NCBI GenBank assembly: GCA_965209055.1 | Contig: OZ242374.1 | Coordinates: forward strand, 4,224,001-4,288,000 | Direction of reading: 5' to 3' | From: Acidobacteriota bacterium | GTDB taxonomy: Bacteria; Acidobacteriota; UBA6911; RPQK01; JAJDTT01 | DNA length: 64,000 nucleotides | In this document: in pieces, positions 1-8,443 of the stretch | How the letters are laid out: each line of letters begins with the position of its first letter | How positions within the stretch are numbered: the first letter of the stretch is position 1 | Notes under the pieces: generated by a model | Database searches by the model: none | What the model was told of the DNA's origin: nothing | The model's input: the letters and a program-made list of their open reading frames with translations, nothing else | Program-made: the position numbers and the translations under genes

Positions 1-657
1 TCGGAGCAGCTCGCGACCCGTTTGGGACCGATCCGCGAAGTGCTGTTCGAACGCATCCACAACGTCGTGGTCGACCCCAAGGGATACAGCATCGCGCACA
101 CGGATCTGGCGGTCGCGCCGCACAACGACTTTACCAGCTACAACTGGCCGCCCAGCGTGCAGGCACTGCACATGCTGGTGAACGAATGCGAAGGCGGCGA
201 GTCTTGCGTCGTGGACGGCTTCGGCGTGCTCAACGAACTACGCAACGATCACCCCGGCAAGTTCGACGTGCTTTGCGCGGTGCCGGTGCCTTTTCGCCTC
301 TTCAGCGAAGAGTACGAGTGCTACGCGGCCAACCCCATGGTCGAGCTGGACAGCGGCGGCGAGATCAGGTTGCTGCGCTTCAACACCCAGCAAATGCAGG
401 CCATTCCCCTGTCTGAGCCTCGGCTGGGCGACTTTTACGCCGCCTACCACGAGCTGTCCAGGCGCATCAATGACCCCAACGCCCAGGCTTCCGTCCGGTT
501 GGAGGGCGGGCAGATTCTGCTGTGCGCCGGGCACCGTGTGCTGCACGGCCGCACCGCGCTGCGCTCCAAGGGGCGCCGCCACCTGCAGGACGCCTACTTC
601 GAGCACGACAACGTGCGCAACCACCTGAGGTTGCTGCGCCGCACCGGCCGGATCTGA
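1..657 (+). CDS. TauD/TfdA-family Fe(II)/2-oxoglutarate dioxygenase (gamma-butyrobetaine hydroxylase/TmpA-like), 5'-partial
   Basis: Frame is open from base 1; HxD motif (PHNDF), GGES.VVDGF and distal HRVLHGR...GRRHLQDAY typical of BBOX/TMLH-like enzymes. Confidence 0.85.
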   Translation, partial: SEQLATRLGPIREVLFERIHNVVVDPKGYSIAHTDLAVAPHNDFTSYNWPPSVQALHMLVNECEGGESCVVDGFGVLNELRNDHPGKFDVLCAVPVPFRLFSEEYECYAANPMVELDSGGEIRLLRFNTQQMQAIPLSEPRLGDFYAAYHELSRRINDPNAQASVRLEGGQILLCAGHRVLHGRTALRSKGRRHLQDAYFEHDNVRNHLRLLRRTGRI

Positions 658-759
658 AGGCCGCAAACCCGCGGACATGCTCCGAATTCCGAGCCCGACC
701 GTCAAGCCGGCATCAGAGCCGGTTTGCGGCGGCCCGAACCTGCTCACGGATGCGGGCGC

Positions 760-2061
760 CTACACCGTCGCGTCCAGGCCCCGGGCGAAAGCGATCTCGC
801 GGGCGCTGGGGTTCACTGAGGGGCGGAAGGGAACCTCGCACACCCGTGCGCGGTCCGGCCGGCCCGCCTCGCTGGCGTATTCGTCGGGCAGCCACACCGT
901 GAGCTCCGTGCCGACGGCCGACTTCCCGGGGGGCACGTACCCGAGCGCTATGTTGCACCCCAGTTCGGGGGAGTGCCACGGCGACGTGAGGTAGCCGATG
1001 GGATCGCCGCCGTCCGCGTCCGACACGAGCCAGAAGTCCGGAGCATATTCGTCGATGGGGCTCCCGCCCAGCGTCATCCCCACCATGACCATCGCGAACG
1101 GACAACGCCCGGCGTCGAGCTCGGCGCGCTGGCGCTCCAGCACGGCCCGCCCGATGTAGTCTCCCGGCTTCTTGCGCGGCACCTGGTAGGCCAGGTTGCA
1201 CTGGAACGGACTCGTCTCGTGGTCGATGTCCTGTCCCCACGACAGGATCCCGGCCTGGATCCTGCGCTGGTGGCCCGGCGCAATGACCATCAGTTGGTGC
1301 CTGTCCCCCGCGTCGAGCACCGCGCGCCACAGCTTCTCGGCGTGCAGCGTGGCGTCGCGAAGATAGATCTCATACCCCTTCTCGCCTGAGAACCCGGACT
1401 GGGAGACCACGACGGAACACCCCGCGATCTGCGCCTCGAGAATTCCGTAGTAGGGGATGTCCCGGATGCCCGCGCCCACCAGGTCGGTCATGAGATCGAG
1501 CGACTTCGGTCCCTGGATCTGCAAGGGACAGACGTCGATCTCGTCGATCTCCACCTCCATCCGAAGCCCGACGTTCACGCCCTGGAGCCAGTACAGGAGG
1601 TCGGAGTCGGCAAGCGAGAACCAGAACTCGTCCCGGGAGAGCCGCAGCAGCACCGGGTCGTTGAGAATGCCGCCCTTCTCGTTGCAGACGATGACGTACT
1701 TCGCGTGCATCGGCTCGATGCGCGTCGCGTCCCGGGTGATCACGTAGTCGGTGAACCGTTCCGCATCCGGCCCCTTGACGCGGATCTGCCGCTCCACCGC
1801 GACGTTCCACAGCGTGACGTCCCGGGTCAGCGCCTCGTGCTCCACCGCCGCGCCGCCGTCCTCGGGCCGCACGTAGCCGCGGGGGTGGTAGATGCGGTTG
1901 TACACGGTGGCCCGCCAGCAGCCCGCTTCATGCGACAGATGCCAATAGGGGGACTTTCGGACCCGGGTGGAAATGAGCAGCTCGGTCGGCGTGCGGCCGC
2001 TCTGGCGAAGGTTGATCGGGACGATCCTGTCGGACTGGTCCACGCTGATCGGTTGATGCAT
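760..2061 (-). CDS. GcvT-family aminomethyltransferase (DmdA-like THF-dependent demethylase)
   Basis: LWNVAVERQI, GGILNDPVLLRL, QIQGPKS, SQSGFSGEKGYEIY motifs; GAGGGG SD before ATG at 2061. Confidence 0.85.
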   Translation of the reverse strand: MHQPISVDQSDRIVPINLRQSGRTPTELLISTRVRKSPYWHLSHEAGCWRATVYNRIYHPRGYVRPEDGGAAVEHEALTRDVTLWNVAVERQIRVKGPDAERFTDYVITRDATRIEPMHAKYVIVCNEKGGILNDPVLLRLSRDEFWFSLADSDLLYWLQGVNVGLRMEVEIDEIDVCPLQIQGPKSLDLMTDLVGAGIRDIPYYGILEAQIAGCSVVVSQSGFSGEKGYEIYLRDATLHAEKLWRAVLDAGDRHQLMVIAPGHQRRIQAGILSWGQDIDHETSPFQCNLAYQVPRKKPGDYIGRAVLERQRAELDAGRCPFAMVMVGMTLGGSPIDEYAPDFWLVSDADGGDPIGYLTSPWHSPELGCNIALGYVPPGKSAVGTELTVWLPDEYASEAGRPDRARVCEVPFRPSVNPSAREIAFARGLDATV

Positions 2062-2283
2062 GGTCGATCCCCTCAATCCGTTGTGACCGGCCCGGAACAT
2101 GCACTGCAGCAACGGCTCCGGGCATCCGTGCGTCGAGCCTCCAACGCACGTGAACGATTCCCGGCATTAGGTGCGCTTTTCCTGCGCCTGTCAAGCAGCG
2201 GGCCCGGGCAGGCGTCCTTGACAAGGCCCTGCGCCTTCAATCACGCTGGAACTAAAGGAGCCCTGCTCAGGAGAGTGGCAAAC

Positions 2284-2880
2284 ATGCAAAAAATGGCACA
2301 GGTGAGCGGTCCGACGGTGAGCTTCACCAGTATGGCGGACGGCACCCGCGAGGATTACGAGTTGCTCGGGCGCCACGAGAAGGAATTCGCCGCCGGCACC
2401 GCCGACCGGGTGTTGGCGTATCTTCGCGAGTTGTCGGGTTCGCTCGCCGGCTACCAGGTCGACCGGCTGGAGCATTCTCTGCAGACCGCGACCCGCGCCT
2501 ACCGCGACGACGCGGAAGAGGAGCTGGTGGTGGCGGCGCTCCTGCACGACATCGACGACATGCTGGCCCCGCACAGCCACGGCGAGCTGTCCGCGCTGCT
2601 GCTGCGCCCCTACGTGACCGAACGAACGTACTGGATCGTCCGGCACCACGGCCTTTTCCAGCTCTACTACTACGCCCACCACGTGGGCGGCAACCGCAAC
2701 GCGCGCGACAAGTATCGCGATCATCCCTGGTATCGGGACGCCGTGGACTTCTGTCACCGCTGGGACCAGTGCGCGTTCGATCCCGACTACGATTCGCTGC
2801 CGCTGGAGTTCTTCGAGCCGATGGTGCGCCGCGTGTTTGCGCGCAAACCGTTCAGCCTGGCGCCGAGGAAGCGTTCCTGA
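2284..2880 (+). CDS. HD-domain protein (PhnZ/TmpB-related metal-dependent family)
   Basis: LEHSLQTATRA, AALLHDI, HxH and RHH motifs, WDQxAFDP; GGAG SD upstream; alternative start at 2293. Confidence 0.8.
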   Translation: MQKMAQVSGPTVSFTSMADGTREDYELLGRHEKEFAAGTADRVLAYLRELSGSLAGYQVDRLEHSLQTATRAYRDDAEEELVVAALLHDIDDMLAPHSHGELSALLLRPYVTERTYWIVRHHGLFQLYYYAHHVGGNRNARDKYRDHPWYRDAVDFCHRWDQCAFDPDYDSLPLEFFEPMVRRVFARKPFSLAPRKRS

Positions 2881-2938
2881 CCACGGCCGCGCCTGTAACC
2901 GGGCGGCGCGAGGATGTCCGCCATGGGCTCTTCGCCCG

Positions 2939-3730
2939 TCAGTGTCCGGCGATGATGTCCTGAAGCTTCTGGCCCTTTTCTTTCCAGAAGGAGTAGAGGA
3001 TCCCCAGGTCGCCGCCCATGATGAAGTGGCGCACGCCCATGTCCAGGTATTGGCGGGCGTCCTCGGGTGAGTGAATTCCGACCTTGGGCTGAACTCCCAT
3101 TTTGAGGGAGGTTCGGATCACCCGGCTCTTGGCCGCGTTGACCTCGGGATCCTCCCATTGCCCCGGCTTGCCGATGTTCAGGGAGAAATCGGCGGCGCCG
3201 AACTGGACCATGTCGATTCCCTCCACGTCCAGAATGGCCTCCAGGTTGTCCACCGCCGACTTCTTCTCGATCATGAGAGCCACGACCGAGTTCTCCAGAA
3301 TGCTCACATAGTTGGCCGGACCATCCAGAAAGTAGCGGGCCACGCGCCGGTCTCCATAGCCCTGGTGCCCCACCGATCCCGGGGTCTCGGGTTTCATGGC
3401 GGCGACGCATTCCCGGGCTTCCTCGGGCGTGCGGACGTCGGCGAAGAGGACGTTCTGGATGCCGGCGCCGATCGCCCGGGCGGCCATGAAGGTCCTGGGC
3501 TCCTGGTCGATCTTGATCATGGCGGACAGATGGGGGAACAGTTCCGTGACGCGGGCGAAGTGGTCCATCCAGTGCAGGTCGTAGGGGACATATTCGGCCT
3601 CGAACTCCACGTAGTCGATGGTGCCGGCGTGTCCCAGCATCTCCACCACGTCGGGCGAGGAGGTGTAAATGTTGGTGGACACCGTGGTCTCACCGGCGTC
3701 GAGCTTCTGGCGCAGTCGGTTGGGTTTCAT
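2939..3730 (-). CDS. HpcH/HpaI aldolase family protein
   Basis: MKPNRLRQKL...G N-terminus, MIEKKSAVDNLEAIL.VEGID.VQFGAADFS; GGAG SD before ATG at 3730. Confidence 0.85.
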   Translation of the reverse strand: MKPNRLRQKLDAGETTVSTNIYTSSPDVVEMLGHAGTIDYVEFEAEYVPYDLHWMDHFARVTELFPHLSAMIKIDQEPRTFMAARAIGAGIQNVLFADVRTPEEARECVAAMKPETPGSVGHQGYGDRRVARYFLDGPANYVSILENSVVALMIEKKSAVDNLEAILDVEGIDMVQFGAADFSLNIGKPGQWEDPEVNAAKSRVIRTSLKMGVQPKVGIHSPEDARQYLDMGVRHFIMGGDLGILYSFWKEKGQKLQDIIAGH

Positions 3731-3758
3731 TTTCGTCTCCTTTTCCGGTGAGCAAGGG

Positions 3759-3776
3759 TGACAGAATGATCTGTCA
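3759..3776. promoter_or_regulatory. Palindromic candidate operator TGACAGA-N4-TCTGTCA between divergent genes
   Basis: Perfect 7-bp inverted arms in the 87-bp divergent gap. Confidence 0.4.
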
Positions 3777-3817
3777 TTATGGTTTCCGCTCTTCAGCAGA
3801 CTGGATGGAAACGGGCC

Positions 3818-4870
3818 ATGTCTTCCGCACCCATTCGAGGCCGCGGCGCCGCCGAGAATCCGGCCAACCGTTTCGAGCCGATCCACTATGTTTCCGACAC
3901 GGAAGATGAAGAGACTCACCCGGATACCCGTCTCTACAAGGACACCAGCCGGACCATCCTGGCCCGGAACCAGAGCCCGGACGTCGGTTTCGAATTCAGC
4001 GTGAACCCCTACCGGGGCTGCGAGCACGGTTGCGTTTACTGCTACGCACGTCCCTACCACGAGTATCTGGGATTCTCGGCCGGTCTGGACTTCGAGACCC
4101 GGATCCTGGTCAAGGAGGACGCCCCCCAGTTGCTGCGGCAGGAGCTTCGGTCTCCCAAATGGGAGCCCCAGACCATCGCCATCAGCGGAGTCACCGACGC
4201 CTATCAGCCGGCAGAACGACGGTTGGGCATCACCCGGGCCTGTCTGAAAGTCCTGGTGGAGTTCGGCAATCCGGCGGCCGTCGTCACCAAGAACCATCTG
4301 GTGACCCGGGACGCCGACCTCCTTTCGGTGCTGGCGGCGAAGGACGCGGCGTCGGTAAACCTGTCGATCACCACACTGGATGCCAGGCTTCAGAGGACGA
4401 TGGAGCCCCGGGCGTCCACACCGTCGGCCCGGTTGGCGGCGGTTCGAGAACTATCGGAGCAGGGAATTCCGGTCCGGGTGATGGTGGGGCCCGTCATCCC
4501 CGGTCTCACGGAGCATGAGATTCCGTCGATTCTGGAGGCGTCATCCGAGGCGGGAGCCGTCGCGGCATCTTACATCCTGCTGCGGCTTCCCTATGGAGTG
4601 AAGAATCTCTTCGAGTCCTGGTTGCAACGGTGCTATCCGGACAGGAGGAAGCGGGTCCTCAACCGGATCCGGGAGACACGGGGAGGGAATCTCTACTCCT
4701 CCGAGTTTCACGAGCGAATGAAGGGAACGGGTGTCTACGCCCGCCAGATCAGCGAACTGTTTCAGGTCACCTGCCGCCGCCTGGGGCTCAACCGGAAGTC
4801 CATGGCCCTTTCGGCTGCCGCCTTTCGCCGCCCCGGAGAGAAGCGGCAACTGGATCTGTTTGCCGGCTAG
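3818..4870 (+). CDS. PA0069/Rv2578c-family radical SAM protein (SplB-like, DNA-repair associated)
   Basis: RGRGA..NP.NRFE, NPYRGCEHGCVYCYAR (CxxxCxxC), C-terminal QLDLF clamp-binding-like motif. Confidence 0.9.
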   Translation: MSSAPIRGRGAAENPANRFEPIHYVSDTEDEETHPDTRLYKDTSRTILARNQSPDVGFEFSVNPYRGCEHGCVYCYARPYHEYLGFSAGLDFETRILVKEDAPQLLRQELRSPKWEPQTIAISGVTDAYQPAERRLGITRACLKVLVEFGNPAAVVTKNHLVTRDADLLSVLAAKDAASVNLSITTLDARLQRTMEPRASTPSARLAAVRELSEQGIPVRVMVGPVIPGLTEHEIPSILEASSEAGAVAASYILLRLPYGVKNLFESWLQRCYPDRRKRVLNRIRETRGGNLYSSEFHERMKGTGVYARQISELFQVTCRRLGLNRKSMALSAAAFRRPGEKRQLDLFAG

Positions 4871-5028
4871 ACCAAGTCGAACAGCGTAGCGGAACAGTCG
4901 ACCACAATATGGGTCGAGGAGCGTTCCTGGAGTTATGCGCGAAAAAGTCGGTGCAGCCCGACGAACACGGCTTCGTCAATTCCAGGCTGATCCACGAATA
5001 GCGGGATCCGAATTGAATGGCGAGAGGA

Positions 5029-5298
5029 TCAATCGGGGTCGTCCGCCAAAGTGCGGCGACTGCGTGTTTTTCTCTTCGCGCGGATAAACTCTGCGATGTC
5101 CACGTTCGCTCGAGCGGCGCCATGGTGGACCAGGATGCCCTTCTTGCAAACGAGCGACGGCTTGGCGCCGACCTTGCGCAGCGTCAGGCCCTCTGCAGTG
5201 GCTTCGATCTCCAACTGTGTCCCGGCGACGAGATTGAATCGATCGCGAAGCGGCTTCGGCACCACCACTCTCCCGTCCCGATCAATAGTCGTAATCAC
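5029..5298 (-). CDS. AbrB/MazE/SpoVT (VapB-type) DNA-binding antitoxin-like protein
   Basis: GTG start; TTIDRDGRVVVPKPLRDRFNLVAGTQLEI AbrB signature. Confidence 0.8.
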   Translation of the reverse strand: MITTIDRDGRVVVPKPLRDRFNLVAGTQLEIEATAEGLTLRKVGAKPSLVCKKGILVHHGAARANVDIAEFIRAKRKTRSRRTLADDPD

Positions 5299-5499
5299 GG
5301 AATCATGGTGTGAAACATGGCACTCCGCGTCAAGGTGTCCCGGCATGGACGTGTCCGGCTCCGTCGGGAAACGGTGTTGCCTCACGAGGATGCGCAGTTG
5401 TTTCCATCGACCGGTGCAATCCAGAGAGAAGCAGGGTTTGTCCGGGGACTGCGGTTTACTTGCCGCCTAACGGCCATTGACCAAGGGTAAAGGAGGAAT

Positions 5500-5617
5500 G
5501 GGGGGATAGGAATGTCCCCCCTACGGTAGTCGCCCAGGGGCGTTGAAGCGGGGGTCTGGTTTCATTGCCTTTACGGTGCGCAGAGCAAGAGCGGGGGACA
5601 GGAAAGTCCCCCCTCCT
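5500..5617. repeat. Two REP-like palindromes (GGGGGA-N8-TCCCCC followed by CTAC/CTCC)
   Basis: ggggggataggaatgtcccccctac 5500-5524; gggggacaggaaagtccccc..ctcc 5593-5617. Confidence 0.7.
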
Positions 5618-5672
5618 GGTAGTAGACTGGGCGGCGCCGATAGCGGCTGATTCGAGGTAAGGGAGATCCAGC

Positions 5673-6728
5673 ATGAAGAAGAAGCCATTCGTCCTCACCG
5701 TTTTGATCGGGCTTGTTGCGGCGGCTGTTGTGGTTGCCGCGGTTATGCCGCCCTCGTCACACGCCAAGAAGTGGCAGGCAGGGAAGGGCTGGGGTTGGGT
5801 CTGGGGCAAGGACGACGAAGTGGGGGCGCTCAACGAGATGACCGACGCCTCCCGCCTCGCGGCCCTGAAGATGGTCCGGCAGGGAAGGGTCTTCGATCTG
5901 GGATTGAGTTATGACCGGACCTCCTACAAGTGGCCCGGGCACAGTCCGGGCGAAATCATCATGTTCCGGTCTCCCAGCGGCGTGAAGAGCCAGAAGGACA
6001 TTCCGGGCGTGATCCAGGACAATCCCTCGTTGACCGCCTGGCACAGTTGCGCCCTGTTTATCAACGACAACGTGGCGACCCAGATCGACGGGCTGGGCCA
6101 CGCCGTTCAGGGGAAGGACAACCACTGGTACAACGGATTCAAGGAGTCGGACGCCTCGGGCGACTGGGGCATCCGCAAATGCGACGCCACCACCATTCCC
6201 CCTATCGTGGCCCGCGGGGTCATGATCGACGTGGCCGCGTACAAGGGGATGAAGGCGTTGCCCCCCAACTACGAGATCACTCCGGCGGACCTTCAGGGCG
6301 CGCTCAAGAAGCAGGGAACCAAGCTACAGTTCGGTGACGTGGTTCTGGTCCGGACCGGGACCACCCAGTTCTGGGGCACGGCCGGATCGGATCATGCGAC
6401 CATCGACCGGCATGACTCGGCCGGCATCAACCTGGACTCGGCCCGCTGGCTGGTGGAGCAGAAAGGGGCCATCATGGTCGGCGGAGATACCAGCGGCGTG
6501 GAATACAAGCCCACGGCGGCGGACAACAAGGCCTACCGCGAGAAATACGGCTCCTTCATGCCGGTCCACAACTACCTGTTGATCGAACAGGGCGTCCACA
6601 TCGCGGAGTTTCACGCCCTGGAGGAACTCTCTCGCGACGGCGTCTACGAGTTCACCTACGTCTGCACCGTGAACAAGATCCGGGGCACCGTTGCGGGGTT
6701 CGCCCTTCGCCCCATCGCCATTGTCTGA
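5673..6728 (+). CDS. Secreted cyclase-family (kynurenine formamidase-like) metal-dependent hydrolase
   Basis: Signal peptide; WGKDDEVGALN, TQIDGLGH, GDVVLVRTG, PVHNYLL..GV.I.E. Confidence 0.85.
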   Translation: MKKKPFVLTVLIGLVAAAVVVAAVMPPSSHAKKWQAGKGWGWVWGKDDEVGALNEMTDASRLAALKMVRQGRVFDLGLSYDRTSYKWPGHSPGEIIMFRSPSGVKSQKDIPGVIQDNPSLTAWHSCALFINDNVATQIDGLGHAVQGKDNHWYNGFKESDASGDWGIRKCDATTIPPIVARGVMIDVAAYKGMKALPPNYEITPADLQGALKKQGTKLQFGDVVLVRTGTTQFWGTAGSDHATIDRHDSAGINLDSARWLVEQKGAIMVGGDTSGVEYKPTAADNKAYREKYGSFMPVHNYLLIEQGVHIAEFHALEELSRDGVYEFTYVCTVNKIRGTVAGFALRPIAIV

Positions 6729-6753
6729 GCCTTTTCGGGACAAGGAGAAAGAA

Positions 6754-8331
6754 ATGAGACATCAAGGAACAACATGGATCGTCGGAATGGCTCTGATGCT
6801 AGCGGCCGGAACGGCTGCGTCTGGTGGGGACGGGGGTGCGGGGCTCGCCGAAATCGGCTCCCGGACCCAGCTTTTCGTGGACGACTACATGATCCAGCAC
6901 CTGTCCCATGCCAAGCAGGTGCTCAATCCGGCACAAAAGCACCCGAACAATCCCCTCATCGCCTCCGACCGTCCGTGGGAGGGACACTACCTCGGCCTCA
7001 GCCGCGTCTTCTACGACGAGGAGGAGGGCGTATTCAAGATGTGGTACCGGAGCAACAACGACTTCAAAGTCAAGAAGGGCGCCGACATCACCGACTACAA
7101 GTGGACCGAAAACGGCGTGGTTCGCGAAAAGGTCTGGTCGCCTGAGAGCTACAGCTTCGTAGGCAACTCCAACGGCGACGTGTGGCTGCCCCTTTTCGCC
7201 ACCTCGCGGGACGGCGTGATTTGGGAGAAGCCGAGTCTCGGGAAGGTGGAATTCAACGGCTCGACCCGCAACAACATCCTGCCTGAGGAGAGCCGGGTTC
7301 CCACCTTCCGCGACCCCAATGCCACCGACCCGGCCAAGCGGTACGTCTCCCTCGGACACCGGCGCGGTACCCGTGGGAAACCGGGATTCATGCTGGACCT
7401 GTACCACTCGCCCGACGGGTTCAACTGGACGCCCTACGAGAACAATCCGGTCGTGGACACGTCTCCGGTGCCGGGAGTGTGGGGACCCACCGTATTCATG
7501 GGATGGGATCCCATCCGGAAGGTGTACGCCGCCCACATCGAGAGCTGCATCCACCGCGCGTGTCCGCTGGGGAAACGGCTCATCGGCCGGGCCGAGAGTC
7601 CAGACCTGATCCATTGGAGCCGGGACCAGTTGATCGTCCTGCCCGATGAGCACGACTCGCCCGACACCGAGTTCTACGCCATGGCCGCCTTCGACTACGA
7701 CGGGATCTACCTGTCCATCATCAAGATCTTCCGGACCACCAAGACCTGGCACTATCCCGAGCTGGCCATGAGCCGCGACGGACTCCACTACGAGCGCAAC
7801 TACCGGGAGCCCTTCATCCGGCTGGGAGACTTCGGGGATTTCGACGAATCCACCGTCTACGTCTTTCAGGCCCCCATCGTCCACAAGGACAAGGTCCTGG
7901 TCTACTACTACGGCGGGAACTGGCGCGGCGCCGACGCCCTGCACGAGAAGGGAGACAAGGGCATCTTCGCCATCGGCCTGGCCACCGTTCCCCGGGACGG
8001 ATTCGTCTCGGTGGATGCGGGCAAGCTCCACCCCGGACGCCTGGTGACCCGGCCCGTCAGCTTCCAGGGGGACGGCCTCTACGTGAGAATGGAGGCGGCC
8101 AAGCACAATTGGGGCTCCGGCGTTCCCGAGCTCCGGGTGGAGATCCTGGACTCGAACCAGCACCCGATTCCGGGATTCACCATGGAGGACTCCGATCCGA
8201 TCCGGACCAGCGGCCGGCACCGCATGAGCTGGCAGGGAAGGAAAGACGTGGGAGGACTGGAAGGTACGCCCGTCCAGCTCAGGTTCCACTTCAAGAACGC
8301 GAAGCTCTTCTCATTCCAGTTCCAGCCCTAG
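6754..8331 (+). CDS. Secreted beta-propeller protein, GH32/GH43-like fold
   Basis: Signal peptide; QLFVDD, KHPNNP, FKMWY, ATSRDG..WEKP.LG, SRDGLH, RDGFVS, LFSFQF; AAGGAG SD. Confidence 0.7.
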   Translation: MRHQGTTWIVGMALMLAAGTAASGGDGGAGLAEIGSRTQLFVDDYMIQHLSHAKQVLNPAQKHPNNPLIASDRPWEGHYLGLSRVFYDEEEGVFKMWYRSNNDFKVKKGADITDYKWTENGVVREKVWSPESYSFVGNSNGDVWLPLFATSRDGVIWEKPSLGKVEFNGSTRNNILPEESRVPTFRDPNATDPAKRYVSLGHRRGTRGKPGFMLDLYHSPDGFNWTPYENNPVVDTSPVPGVWGPTVFMGWDPIRKVYAAHIESCIHRACPLGKRLIGRAESPDLIHWSRDQLIVLPDEHDSPDTEFYAMAAFDYDGIYLSIIKIFRTTKTWHYPELAMSRDGLHYERNYREPFIRLGDFGDFDESTVYVFQAPIVHKDKVLVYYYGGNWRGADALHEKGDKGIFAIGLATVPRDGFVSVDAGKLHPGRLVTRPVSFQGDGLYVRMEAAKHNWGSGVPELRVEILDSNQHPIPGFTMEDSDPIRTSGRHRMSWQGRKDVGGLEGTPVQLRFHFKNAKLFSFQFQP

Positions 8332-8440
8332 GAGCGGCGGCATCCTTGCCGCCGGACACGAGCCGGGTCCTTTCTAGGCGCCGGACTCCGGTGAAGCTGG
8401 GAAACGAGGAGCATGGGGGGACAAGAAAGTCTCCCCTCCC
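8331..8440. repeat. Convergent pair of REP-like palindromes (REPIN/BIME-like)
   Basis: ggagcggcggcatccttgccgccg 8331-8354 and ggggggacaagaaagtctcccctcc at about 8415-8440. Confidence 0.7.
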
Positions 8441-8443
8441 AAC

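Noticed and set aside
760-2061. Calling this gene the gcvT partner of gcvPA/PB
   Set aside because: Motifs are DmdA-like rather than canonical GcvT, and it lies about 40 kb away in a different module
2939-4297. N-terminally extended aldolase ORF (similar over-extensions at 1705-2880, 36618-38222, 43612-45408, 22074-23444, 55379-56869)
   Set aside because: Extensions overlap neighbouring real genes; internal starts fit family lengths
4871-5001. Fragment FLELCAKKSVQPD resembling a HicB C-terminus
   Set aside because: Too short and has no convincing start; cannot be supported without a search
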